Sequence record: NC_052983.1
Length of the DNA stretch: 58,536 nt
Direction: 5' to 3' (one strand)
From: Escherichia phage E21
The position numbers were made by a program, and so were the translations under genes. Below are positions 9,956-18,757 of this stretch, piece by piece; positions within the stretch are counted from its first letter, which is position 1, and every line of letters begins with the position of its first letter. The notes beneath the pieces were generated by a model that was not told the origin of the DNA, made no database searches, and saw only the letters and a list, made by a program, of their open reading frames with translations.

Positions 9956-10438
9956 TTACATATCGTCGTCATCGCCTGAGTCGTCATCTGATTCACCGTT
10001 AAGAGATGCTTCACACGCTTGGAAAACAGCTTCATACTTATCTTCTGGGATCTGGCCCATCTTCTCAACACCGCCGACTTCATTGATGATGCGAACCGCT
10101 TCTTCTTTGTCGATATCAGCTCGAACTTTGCGAAGCGCTTCGGTGATGTCTGATTTAGTGTATTTAGGTTTATCCGCCGGCTTGTCAGCTTGTTTTTCAG
10201 ATTTTTTAGAATTAGATTTTTTATCCGCTTTCTTTTCTTCTGTCTTAGTCTCTGACTTGCTTTCTGCTTTAGTTTCAGATTTGCTTTCAGCTTTAGTGTC
10301 GGCATTAGTTTCAGTTTTACCCGATGCTACGCCGTTAGCTACCAACGCTTCGATGTTTCCGTTTAACTTCTCGATATTCTCGTTTAAAGTTGCGAAGCTA
10401 GCTAATAACATTTCTAAAACGCCGTTTTGTTGTGACAT
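9956..10438 (-). CDS. hypothetical protein, coiled-coil N-terminus, K/E/T-rich tandem repeats, acidic C-terminus
   Basis: 160 aa; KAESKSETKAESKSETK repeats encoded by tandem nucleotide repeats around 10183..10312; first gene after the divergent promoter. Confidence 0.5.
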   Translation of the reverse strand: MSQQNGVLEMLLASFATLNENIEKLNGNIEALVANGVASGKTETNADTKAESKSETKAESKSETKTEEKKADKKSNSKKSEKQADKPADKPKYTKSDITEALRKVRADIDKEEAVRIINEVGGVEKMGQIPEDKYEAVFQACEASLNGESDDDSGDDDDM

Positions 10439-10489
10439 AATTCAAATTCCTTAATTAGTTGACTGGATTGTCTCGTTTCGACACGGCCT

Positions 10490-10517
10490 ATAATACTCGT
10501 TATGAAATCCCTGTCAA
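10490..10517 (-). promoter_or_regulatory. sigma70-like promoter for the minus-strand replication/structural operon
   Basis: Minus-strand TTGACA (10512..10517), 16-nt spacer, TATTAT (10490..10495); about 45 nt upstream of ATG 10438. Confidence 0.45.
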
Positions 10518-10711
10518 CACCTTTTTGACGAAATTTTTATATCGGGTATCCACCTCAATGTTAGGCCACCCGAAAAGTTTCATTGCCGGTAAGATGTTTA
10601 TCGCCTTTTAGGTGATACTTTTATCCTCTCAACTGATATCGCTCTCAGGTGGCCGTAGATTTAAGTCCGTTCACGTATTGACTTTCTGTTTTAAGTGGAA
10701 TATCCCGCGCG

Positions 10712-10741
10712 TTGACTTATCTATAATTCTTGCGGTATTAT
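10712..10741 (+). promoter_or_regulatory. sigma70-like promoter for the plus-strand primase operon
   Basis: TTGACT (10712..10717), 18-nt spacer, TATTAT (10736..10741), upstream of RBS AAGGAG and ATG 10791. Confidence 0.4.
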
Positions 10742-10790
10742 CTGCGTCTACCCTCGGGTTAGATTTATCACAACTAAGGAGCAAGTATTT

Positions 10791-11075
10791 ATGAAAGAGA
10801 GTAATTTCCCATCGTGGGCGAAGAACAATAAAACGGGTCGACTTAAATTCATGATCCGGCATTTAGCCAGTTTCGCTTCGGAGGAGGGCCACCTAGTTTT
10901 CCTGTGCCGAGACGCTAAACTGTCGGTTCGTGGTGTCTCACAAGCAATCGACCGAGGAGAATTCACCTTTCAAATGGCGGATAAACTCGTTAAGGCTGCA
11001 AGCGTTGCTGGAAACCCGGACGTCACAGTTATGAACCTATTAAAACCTATGGAATCATTTAAAGAGGACAAATAA
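10791..11075 (+). CDS. hypothetical protein
   Basis: 94 aa; RBS AAGGAG 9 nt upstream; stop overlaps primase start (TAATG). Confidence 0.5.
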   Translation: MKESNFPSWAKNNKTGRLKFMIRHLASFASEEGHLVFLCRDAKLSVRGVSQAIDRGEFTFQMADKLVKAASVAGNPDVTVMNLLKPMESFKEDK

Positions 11076-13750
11076 TGTCTAACGTTTTCAAATCTCGTGG
11101 CCCTGAACTTTTCGACAATGGATACGAAGTCGTACCTATTACTCGTATCGACGCAACTGACAGCAAAGGGAAATTATTGTCTGGCGCGGGTAAAGCCCCG
11201 GCGTTAAAAGGGTGGCAGAAAATAGAGATCACTTCTGACATCGTTAATGAATGGGCGACGGGTAGTCGCTCTCGCTGTGGTGTGGGTATTCGTACCCACC
11301 GTAACCCTGCTGTCGATATCGACTGTTTAGACGCCGAAGCGTCAGAACACATGACGGCTTTCGTTGAGTCGGAAGTGGGCTTTGCTCCTATCCGTGTTGG
11401 GCGTGAACCTAAAGCGCTACTCCTCTATTATACAGAACGTCCTTTCACAAAAGTAAAATCAACCATCTTCGTTGATGAAAACGGGAATGAAAACGCTGTC
11501 GAGATATTAGGAAGCGGGCAACAATTCGTTGCTTACGGTATCCACCCGGGAACTAAGAAACCGTATAAATGGGTTACTAAAGGCGAGTCGCCTGCGGAAA
11601 ACCAAGCGGATTTTGACCTTGAAGAAATCACACTAGAAGACGCGAGAAAAATTATTGCGGAATTCGACCGGTATGCGAAAGAGCGCGGTTGGAAACCTTT
11701 AAAAAGTAAAAGCGGTACGGTCATCAAGCCATCTTTGGGCTACTACTTAGATGCTCCGGAAGAACTATCAGACTGGTCGGACGAGTCGGACTTTGACGAT
11801 GATGAAGACGATTGGGTCACTACTGATGATATCACCGATAAATGGGACGGTACTTACGAAGAACTTTACGAAATCTTCGAAAATGATATCGAACCATCTT
11901 ACGATTACCACACTTGGATTCCTGTTCTGGCTGCACTTAAAGACGCCGAACGTGAGCCGGACGAGTTTAAAGAGATCGCGAGAATGTGGTCTGCTCGGGC
12001 CGAGGAGTCTTTCGATAACGATGCCTTTGAAGATAAATGGGAAAACGGTAATTTCAATCGTGTTGGTAAATACGCTAAGACATTACGAGGAGTAATTGCC
12101 GAAGCGGAAAAGATCCAAGGCGTTCGCGAAATTGAGGACGTAGTTATACCTTTATTCGAAAAAGCTACTGACTTGGCCGAGTGGACTTTAGCTGCCGACC
12201 GCCTACGTGAAACGTGGGCTTTCGGTTTAGAAAGAGAGACGGCCATAAACATTGCTTGCGAAAAGTATAAGAAAGTCACTAACGGGTTAAAACTTACGGA
12301 CGTTCAAAAGAAACGATATCTTAGTATCGATTACTCTCTCTTTGACGCTCCCGAATGGTTGGCTCCTTGGGTTTATTGTACTACGGATAACGAGTTTATT
12401 AACTTAGACAATAGAACCAGAATGAACCCTAAATCTTTCGCGAATGCCTATAACCGAGAAACTGTGAAGAAATTCGGGGTAGCTGCGGACGTTTTCGCCA
12501 CGGTTGAAAGACCCGTTCCTGTTATCCACGATACGATGTATTACCCGTTGATGCACGGTGAGATGCCTAAGAACAAATGGAAGCGGGTTCCGGGTATTAA
12601 TGACAAGCGTGTTTTCGAATACAACGGTTTGACGTTCTTAAATACCTTTGACCATCGTTCCATGCCTGAGACCGCAACAAAAATTTCGACCGCTGGATAT
12701 AAGGCGATCGGGGAGGTAAAACGATACTTCGAAATACAGTATCCAGATCCAGACGAACGAAGACATGCGATGGACTGGATCGCGTGGGTTATCAATAATC
12801 CTGTTAGAAAGATTAACTATATGCTTCTCGTTCTTGGTGGTCAGGGTTCCGGTAAAACCATCGTTAAGAAGTTTATGGAACACATGCTCGGCTCTGATAA
12901 CGTCTCTACGATTTCGAATAAGGTTATCCATGGTAATTTTACCGGGTGGCAGTCTGGTCACATGCTCAAAGTTATTGAGGAAATATCGGTGAGTGGTCAT
13001 CGCTACGACGTTATGAACTCATTGAAAGAGCCGATATCGAATGAAACGTTACAGATCGAAGCGAAGTACCGTGACCCACGCCAGTGTGTGAATACTTCGT
13101 CGTATATGGCATTTACCAATGATGTTGGTGCTTTGCCTCTTACATCAAGTGACCGTCGCTTCTTGTTAGTTCGTAGTGCGTTCCAGCACAAGCGTGAAGT
13201 CACTGAATACCTACGGAAAGACCCTAATTACTTTAAACGGTTTGAGAAAGCCTTTACTAAACACGCACCGGAGATCCGCAAATGGTTTAGCGAGTGGGAG
13301 TATTCCGAGGGCTTCAAACACGATGGTAACGCTCCTGAAACGGTGAGTATGGGAAGCATGTCTTTAGCGTCAGAAGACGATTTCACCTCCGTAGTAATGG
13401 GGGCCGTAGATGATTGTGAGAAAGAGTTAGAATTTACATCGGGGATCACAGACGAAGTAATTTTCATTCCATCGGCAGTAGATTTAGTCCGAGATAGGTC
13501 TAAGGTTCCTAACGGGAAAATAATATATCGCATACTCGCTGAATATGGTTTCTTCCGGCCTGTGGATTCTCGTACACAAATAAGATTTAATGACGTAAGA
13601 GGACAAGTTGTTGTCGCGAATAGACATAAATGGCTCTATCCTGATGGGAGTGTCAACGTAGATAAGATTAAAGAGCATTTAGAGGAGAACGAACGCCGGG
13701 TAGAAGAACAAGAAAGCAAGAGAGAGTTAGAAGAAACTGACGTTTTCTAA
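11075..13750 (+). CDS. DNA primase-helicase (prim-pol-like N-terminus, P-loop D5/SF3-type C-terminus)
   Basis: 891 aa; Walker A LGGQGSGKT and Walker B-like region in C-terminal half; acidic linker; typical phage primase/helicase layout. Confidence 0.8.
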   Translation: MSNVFKSRGPELFDNGYEVVPITRIDATDSKGKLLSGAGKAPALKGWQKIEITSDIVNEWATGSRSRCGVGIRTHRNPAVDIDCLDAEASEHMTAFVESEVGFAPIRVGREPKALLLYYTERPFTKVKSTIFVDENGNENAVEILGSGQQFVAYGIHPGTKKPYKWVTKGESPAENQADFDLEEITLEDARKIIAEFDRYAKERGWKPLKSKSGTVIKPSLGYYLDAPEELSDWSDESDFDDDEDDWVTTDDITDKWDGTYEELYEIFENDIEPSYDYHTWIPVLAALKDAEREPDEFKEIARMWSARAEESFDNDAFEDKWENGNFNRVGKYAKTLRGVIAEAEKIQGVREIEDVVIPLFEKATDLAEWTLAADRLRETWAFGLERETAINIACEKYKKVTNGLKLTDVQKKRYLSIDYSLFDAPEWLAPWVYCTTDNEFINLDNRTRMNPKSFANAYNRETVKKFGVAADVFATVERPVPVIHDTMYYPLMHGEMPKNKWKRVPGINDKRVFEYNGLTFLNTFDHRSMPETATKISTAGYKAIGEVKRYFEIQYPDPDERRHAMDWIAWVINNPVRKINYMLLVLGGQGSGKTIVKKFMEHMLGSDNVSTISNKVIHGNFTGWQSGHMLKVIEEISVSGHRYDVMNSLKEPISNETLQIEAKYRDPRQCVNTSSYMAFTNDVGALPLTSSDRRFLLVRSAFQHKREVTEYLRKDPNYFKRFEKAFTKHAPEIRKWFSEWEYSEGFKHDGNAPETVSMGSMSLASEDDFTSVVMGAVDDCEKELEFTSGITDEVIFIPSAVDLVRDRSKVPNGKIIYRILAEYGFFRPVDSRTQIRFNDVRGQVVVANRHKWLYPDGSVNVDKIKEHLEENERRVEEQESKRELEETDVF

Positions 13751-13773
13751 AATATCGCGATTTTCGGTTTAAA

Positions 13774-13800
13774 GAGGTCACATTACGTGGCCTTTTTTAT
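13774..13800 (+). terminator. rho-independent terminator after primase-helicase
   Basis: AGGUCAC-AUUAC-GUGGCCU (7-bp stem, one G.U) followed by UUUUUUAUU. Confidence 0.7.
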
Positions 13801-13806
13801 TGCCCG

Positions 13807-13828
13807 AAAAACGACGCTCCCGATCGGG
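13807..13828. repeat. 21-bp box AAAAACGACG(C/T)TCCCGATCGG, copy 1 (contains perfect palindrome CCCGATCGGG)
   Basis: Repeated with one mismatch at 14787..14807; flanks the ORF-free region. Confidence 0.7.
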
Positions 13829-13854
13829 AATGCACGTTTGGTCAAAAAATGAGC

Positions 13855-13871
13855 GTACAAAATTTATACAG
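13855..13871. repeat. near-palindromic box GTACAAAATTTATACAG, copy 1
   Basis: Second copy TGTACAAATTTTATACAG at 13974..13991; half-site GTTGTACAAAAA at 14080. Confidence 0.6.
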
Positions 13872-13973
13872 AAAAACGTTCAATATTTAACCGATTTTCG
13901 GGTGATCGGATTTTTTGAGTGAATTTCCAATTTTTCATTTTTCCATTTTTTGGTCGAAAAACACCGAAAATGC

Positions 13974-13991
13974 TGTACAAATTTTATACAG
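13974..13991. repeat. near-palindromic box TGTACAAATTTTATACAG, copy 2
   Basis: Direct repeat of 13855..13871, about 120 bp apart. Confidence 0.6.
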
Positions 13992-14786
13992 GGTTTTTTG
14001 ACACAAAGTGTGTCGGTCATGTGTTCCGACGTGTGCGTGCCAGTTAACGTGTTGATTTTATTGAAAACGCATTTTTTATGTTGTACAAAAATCACCCAAC
14101 ACACATGATCGAATTACCTTTATATAGCTTATATATATATTTTTCTATTTTTCCTTTCCTATCTATTTTTTCTTTCTTCTGGAATTTCTATTTTATTATC
14201 TATTACTGTGTTTGCTGTGTCAGAAAGAAAGTAATATAGTAAAAACAATAACTTACCTTGGAACACCTATTGGAACATCAGCCGGCACAGCAATTTCCTG
14301 TGACACACCACCAGCCATGGTAATACCTAAAACGGCGCATAACTATTTGATATTATTACGGAATTACCTAAAATACCGGTCATTACGGTAAACCCGCCCT
14401 CCCGATCTACTAGCTACGCTAGACCCGAATTAATCTAATTAAATCAACGATTTGCGACGAGGGGCTATGGCAGATCCCGGACAAATTTCTGGAAGACGGC
14501 TCTGCGCACCCCCGCCCAACCGGACAACTCGTCCAAGTACCTTTTTCGATTTAAAAGTGATTCTTCTCTAGAAAGCACGGAGAGCGACGCACAGGCTTTA
14601 GCAATAGGGGACATCATCTAACACCGCGATCGCCTCGCACAATCGCACACGCTTACAATTTGAAGCACATCTAACCCACAACACCGCCCACCCGAACACC
14701 CAAACATCGAAACATCACGAAAAGCGGTTATATTTGTAAAAACGTCATGCGGTACAACCGCACACCCGAACACCCGCACAAAACGT

Positions 14787-14807
14787 AAAAACGACGTTCC
14801 CGATCGG
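14787..14807. repeat. 21-bp box AAAAACGACGTTCCCGATCGG, copy 2
   Basis: Direct repeat of 13807..13828. Confidence 0.7.
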
Positions 14808-15012
14808 CGTGTTCACCCGAGGCGCTATACCCCCGCTCAACGGATACGACCGACAAACTTAAAACCCCCTTTAAGTCGGAACAAACAAAGCGCCGTCTTC
14901 CGCCCTCAATCGAACCACACGGGCATAACTCATCGTAGGTAATACATCGGCCTTACCTAGCGGGCAAAACACGCTGAGGACGCAACACATGGCTTTACGG
15001 CAATTTTCCATA

Positions 15013-15067
15013 GGGTGGGGGGGAATGGGGGAGAGTGAGGGCTTGGGGTGGTGGTGTTGGGTGGGTA
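15013..15067 (+). other. G-run tract with G-quadruplex potential (C-rich on the transcribed minus strand)
   Basis: GGGTGGGGGGG..GGGGG..GGG..GGGG..GGTGG..GGGTGGG within 55 nt, directly 3' of the minus-strand small membrane protein gene. Confidence 0.5.
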
Positions 15068-15160
15068 GGCGCTGGCGCGACCGCATGGACAGACTGACGG
15101 CTAAGAACGAGAAAAGCCCCGCACGAATGCGAGGCCTTGGGGGTGGACTGTGTGGGACGG

Positions 15161-15400
15161 CTACCGGATTGTTAGGGCGACGCCTCCGGCGAACACCAAG
15201 ATCGCAACGCAAACCATGAAGACGACCATCATGATAGCGCCGATTGATTCGAGAACTAACGTAGTGCGGTGTAGACCGTCGAAACCGTGGTTTTGTAGGG
15301 CGCGGAAAAAGAACGAGAGAATATAAATCGAAATTAGGCCGAAGAAACACACGGCGCCCACGTTGTACACACCGGAGAGTAGCATCTTGAGAATGCTCAT
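15161..15400 (-). CDS. small membrane protein (2-3 predicted TM helices)
   Basis: Hydrophobic segments VGAVCFFGLISIYILSFFF and IGAIMMVVFMVCVAILVFAGGVAL; start set at internal ATG 15400 (ATGA overlap with upstream gene). Confidence 0.45.
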   Translation of the reverse strand: MSILKMLLSGVYNVGAVCFFGLISIYILSFFFRALQNHGFDGLHRTTLVLESIGAIMMVVFMVCVAILVFAGGVALTIR

Positions 15401-15975
15401 TTTCGACCGCCTCGTGCTTTTCGTTCTGCGATTATGTCTTTCTGGCAATAGTCGCTGAGTTGTTCCCAGTCGTCGGGGATCTCGACGTAATCGCCACCGT
15501 CTAGGCGGGAGGACATCAACGACTCAGAAAAGTAAATCCGCTCATTGGTTCGCACGTTCACGTACTCCGCAAACATTCCGCGAGGGTGTTCTGTCCCACT
15601 TCGTTGTAACGTTGCCCCCGTGTGTGCGATGGGGTCTTTTCCATTTTTGACGTAGACTAGCGCAGGGAATTTAAAACGGTCTTCCTGATCCTGAGTTTGT
15701 TCGTCCTCCTCGAACTTTACGCCACAGAACGGGCAATAATTCATAAACACAGGAAAATCAGATTTTGTTACCGTCGAGTAGAGCGTCCCGTCCGGTCTAC
15801 GCTCTTGATACTCTATGGTGAAGTCTAGAAAATATCGGGTTTTCAACTTTTTATTTTCAATAGCTAACACTTCTGTTTTCCACTCCGCCGAGTGTATTAT
15901 TGCGCCGTTCGGCAACTTACCGGCCACCCGATCAGCCATCGATTTTTGAATACGATCGAAACAGTTACAACTCAT
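15397..15975 (-). CDS. hypothetical protein with CxC...CPFC cysteine pairs
   Basis: 192-aa ORF, no antisense competitor of similar length. Confidence 0.5.
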   Translation of the reverse strand: MSCNCFDRIQKSMADRVAGKLPNGAIIHSAEWKTEVLAIENKKLKTRYFLDFTIEYQERRPDGTLYSTVTKSDFPVFMNYCPFCGVKFEEDEQTQDQEDRFKFPALVYVKNGKDPIAHTGATLQRSGTEHPRGMFAEYVNVRTNERIYFSESLMSSRLDGGDYVEIPDDWEQLSDYCQKDIIAERKARGGRK

Positions 15976-16184
15976 AATAATTGACTCCTAACAGACGAGT
16001 AGATGACGAAACACGCGCCCACCATCACAAAGGTGATTCCGGCTAAACTTACAGCGCGTAATTTCTCAAAGGTTTCGCTTCGGGTCGCTTTGTTCGTCCC
16101 CACGATACACAGGACAGCCACGCCGAACCCTAACACCATCAAAACGACACCGAGACAAAACGGCCAAGCGTTGATTATTTCCAT
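15972..16184 (-). CDS. small membrane protein (2 TM)
   Basis: 70 aa, two hydrophobic helices; ATGA overlap with downstream gene. Confidence 0.45.
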   Translation of the reverse strand: MEIINAWPFCLGVVLMVLGFGVAVLCIVGTNKATRSETFEKLRAVSLAGITFVMVGACFVIYSSVRSQLL

Positions 16185-16197
16185 TTTCGGCCACCCC

Positions 16198-16887
16198 CTA
16201 GCGATCCATAAATTGAGTATTTGCTATTCCGTGTGGGTTAATGACAATATCCCCGTAGGTGTCCGCGACAACGTTTAACACAATCCCCACGCTAGAATCG
16301 AACTGGTCGCAAAATAAATCGCCATCGCTGACTAGGTAAGGCTGGCGGAGTGTTTGCAGGTCAGTTAATACGGTGAGTGTGTTCAAGTTCTCCCCCGCGT
16401 CTAGCTCTGATTGCGTTAGTTCCTCGTCCTCTAGAACTTTCTCCCCTTGACATACTAGAACCGATTTACCGTTATCTTTCGCCAAGGGTGAGGTAATTAA
16501 ATAACAATCGTTTTTCCATGTGCCGAGATTCACGCCACCAATCAACGACGGAATGATTAACGGCGTTTTGACCTCACCTAGTAGTGTATTTATCGGCAAT
16601 AAATCAACGTGGAGAAAGTCGAACGAGTGAAAGCCGGTATTATGCGCTACGATCAGCTTTTCCATGCCATGCGCCCAAAAGCGCACACGGTTAAACCTAT
16701 CTTCCGGAACCATGCCAAGAGACTCAACGTCGCCCAGTTCATGACCCATTTTATGCAAGTGGTACGAAGCCCCACTGGCTTTAGTGCGGAAATCTTCAAA
16801 GCTAATATTTGTATGGAAAACGGCGCCCGCTTTAGTGTGGATCTTCATGTCAAACGTGTTTTGAGTACAACCAGTTAATACGATCAT
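16198..16887 (-). CDS. hypothetical protein
   Basis: 229-aa ORF; RBS AAAGGA upstream. Confidence 0.5.
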   Translation of the reverse strand: MIVLTGCTQNTFDMKIHTKAGAVFHTNISFEDFRTKASGASYHLHKMGHELGDVESLGMVPEDRFNRVRFWAHGMEKLIVAHNTGFHSFDFLHVDLLPINTLLGEVKTPLIIPSLIGGVNLGTWKNDCYLITSPLAKDNGKSVLVCQGEKVLEDEELTQSELDAGENLNTLTVLTDLQTLRQPYLVSDGDLFCDQFDSSVGIVLNVVADTYGDIVINPHGIANTQFMDR

Positions 16888-16936
16888 TTTTTAAATCCTT
16901 TAGTTTTAGTTTTAATTCAAGCCAAATTATTAAATA

Positions 16937-17737
16937 TTAGTTTCTTTGAGGTAACGGGCGAAACTCAATGCGACGAGAACCACCCTCAATCATGAAATTC
17001 TCGATCACTGATGACAGTCGGGCTTTCTGGTTTACTGCGATAGTCTCATAGTCACCGCGCCAACCGTACACCCGTAAAACTTTCGTCGGCGCACTATGCG
17101 ATAGAATGGCGAGGTTCCCATTGCGTATATCGTAGGCCAAACGGTCGAGGGTGTATATCATTGACCACACATATTGTAAGTCGTTATTAAACATCGTATT
17201 TATAGACACGATAATCTTGATCGCCCCTTGATTGTTTATAGCACTTTTGAAGTTTAGAACTTGGCCACGATATACGACACCAAACGACTTGCGAACGATC
17301 AAGAGGCTATCCATAAGCACTAAATCCAATGGGTCGGCTTTCTCCGCTTTACGCGTCATCTCCTTGATTCCTCTACGTTGCTGTGCGCTTGGTTGCATTG
17401 ATTTACGCAATGATACGTGAAGCGGTTTATCTAGGGATACGGTTTTATTTGATAACTCGGTCAAGTAGTCAACAGAACCACACGCACGGATCTTGTTCTC
17501 GACGATATTAAAACTTCCGGCTTCTACGGTTTCGGTTGCCACTTTCTCGCCCACGATAACGGTGATAAAGGCTTTATACGTTAGTTTTTCGCCGGCGGAA
17601 TATTTAACTTTGATAGATGCGGTCGCGTCTTTATTCGTGTAAGTAACCGTTTCATAGTGCGTAGGATTAGCTTTGATAACGTTACAAATTTGACGTAATT
17701 CCGCACGTTCTGAAGCACCGATAGTAATCTTTTTCAT
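16937..17737 (-). CDS. hypothetical protein
   Basis: 266 aa; preceded by promoter/leader cassette A and RBS GAGGA. Confidence 0.55.
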   Translation of the reverse strand: MKKITIGASERAELRQICNVIKANPTHYETVTYTNKDATASIKVKYSAGEKLTYKAFITVIVGEKVATETVEAGSFNIVENKIRACGSVDYLTELSNKTVSLDKPLHVSLRKSMQPSAQQRRGIKEMTRKAEKADPLDLVLMDSLLIVRKSFGVVYRGQVLNFKSAINNQGAIKIIVSINTMFNNDLQYVWSMIYTLDRLAYDIRNGNLAILSHSAPTKVLRVYGWRGDYETIAVNQKARLSSVIENFMIEGGSRRIEFRPLPQRN

Positions 17738-17790
17738 TTTAAAATCCTCAATACTGGTTAAAGTTTCCGGTTCGTTCCGGCTATGTGTGT

Positions 17791-17819
17791 AATATAATGC
17801 TACCGCTTTCAGGTGTCAA
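17791..17819 (-). promoter_or_regulatory. sigma70-like promoter, cassette A (TTGACA-17-TATATT) with conserved leader
   Basis: Minus-strand TTGACAcctgaaagcggtagcatTATATT; ~85-bp cassette repeated near-identically at 19510..19590 and 21000..21075. Confidence 0.6.
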
Positions 17820-17898
17820 CATGTTTTTATAATTATTTTAGATAATAAAAAAGGACGGCCACCAGAAAAGATGACCGCCCCGATTGTTGATGCTTCGA

Positions 17899-18120
17899 TT
17901 ACCGTGTGAGCATCGTAACCACGGATTTTTTAACCATTTCCAAGGAATCCCCGCCAAGGCTCACACCTTGCCCGCAGAAAGTCCACGGCTTGAGGTGGTG
18001 TGGTGTCTTGGCAATCGTCCCGATCCATACACCGCCCGCAACAACGTAATAAATATTTTCGCCTCGCTCTTGGTAAATCTCGATCGTCTTATCCAAGGTT
18101 GGATTATTTACCGGCTTCAT
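17899..18120 (-). CDS. hypothetical protein
   Basis: Track ORF 17899..18174 trimmed to internal Met (MKPVNN) to limit overlap with upstream gene. Confidence 0.35.
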   Translation of the reverse strand: MKPVNNPTLDKTIEIYQERGENIYYVVAGGVWIGTIAKTPHHLKPWTFCGQGVSLGGDSLEMVKKSVVTMLTR

Positions 18121-18754
18121 TTTCTCCCCCTTTAATCTTAACGAGTTCTTGCTTGTACTCGGATCCGAGCACATAATTTTTATTTTCTTCCTTGGGATAA
18201 GGCAATACCGGATATCGAAGCAACTTTTTATACTTCTTCACGACCGAACGGCTCCCCGTAAAATAAACGTAACGATGCTTAGATGTTCTGACTTGTCGAT
18301 ACGTCTTGCTTTCCTTTCCTTGATAATGCCGAGAGTGTTTACCTTGCTCCGTGTATTTATCGGTGCGCGCTTTCGTCGCCCCCGTGTAGATGAAATTAGA
18401 CGCTTGATAAATATATCCGTTGTGGTTCATACCGCGATCCGCATACGACACGATGACAAGGTTTTCACTTTTCAACTCAGCCATAGCGAAGGCGATCAAC
18501 TGCGACGGAGCGTTACGGATTGGACGAATAAAACAAAGTCGGTTTAACTCAAAAACGTGGCTTTTGTACTCCTCGCCCAATATTCCAACACATAGCGGGT
18601 TGCTGGCCGGCTTACCGATAGTTAGAACCCCGACAAGCTCCTCGTCTTCGAAGAACCCGAAAGCGTAAGATATGCTAGGTCGACGTTTCGCATAATGGTA
18701 GTTTAGGATTATGTCTAAACAGTCTTTAGGATCAACGCGTCTCATCGTGTACAC
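18104..18754 (-). CDS. hypothetical protein with GNAT-like C-terminal motif (possible acyltransferase / Mom-like)
   Basis: 216 aa; ...IVSYADRGMNHNGYIYQASNFIYTG resembles GNAT motif B; assignment is tentative. Confidence 0.45.
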   Translation of the reverse strand: MYTMRRVDPKDCLDIILNYHYAKRRPSISYAFGFFEDEELVGVLTIGKPASNPLCVGILGEEYKSHVFELNRLCFIRPIRNAPSQLIAFAMAELKSENLVIVSYADRGMNHNGYIYQASNFIYTGATKARTDKYTEQGKHSRHYQGKESKTYRQVRTSKHRYVYFTGSRSVVKKYKKLLRYPVLPYPKEENKNYVLGSEYKQELVKIKGGENEAGK

Positions 18755-18757
18755 GTT

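Noticed and set aside
13880-14104. 74-aa minus-strand ORF inside the repeat-rich region
   Set aside because: Overlaps the GTACAAA..TATACAG boxes, no RBS, composition-driven; treated as non-coding.
14871-15350. 159-aa minus-strand ORF (and antisense 76-aa ORF 14989..15219) across the G-run tract
   Set aside because: Translation is extreme low-complexity (R/P/H-rich), driven by the G/C-run composition; no RBS; treated as non-coding.
17830-17898. Possible terminator hairpin upstream of promoter cassette A
   Set aside because: No stem of 5 bp or more could be formed without several mismatches; not called.
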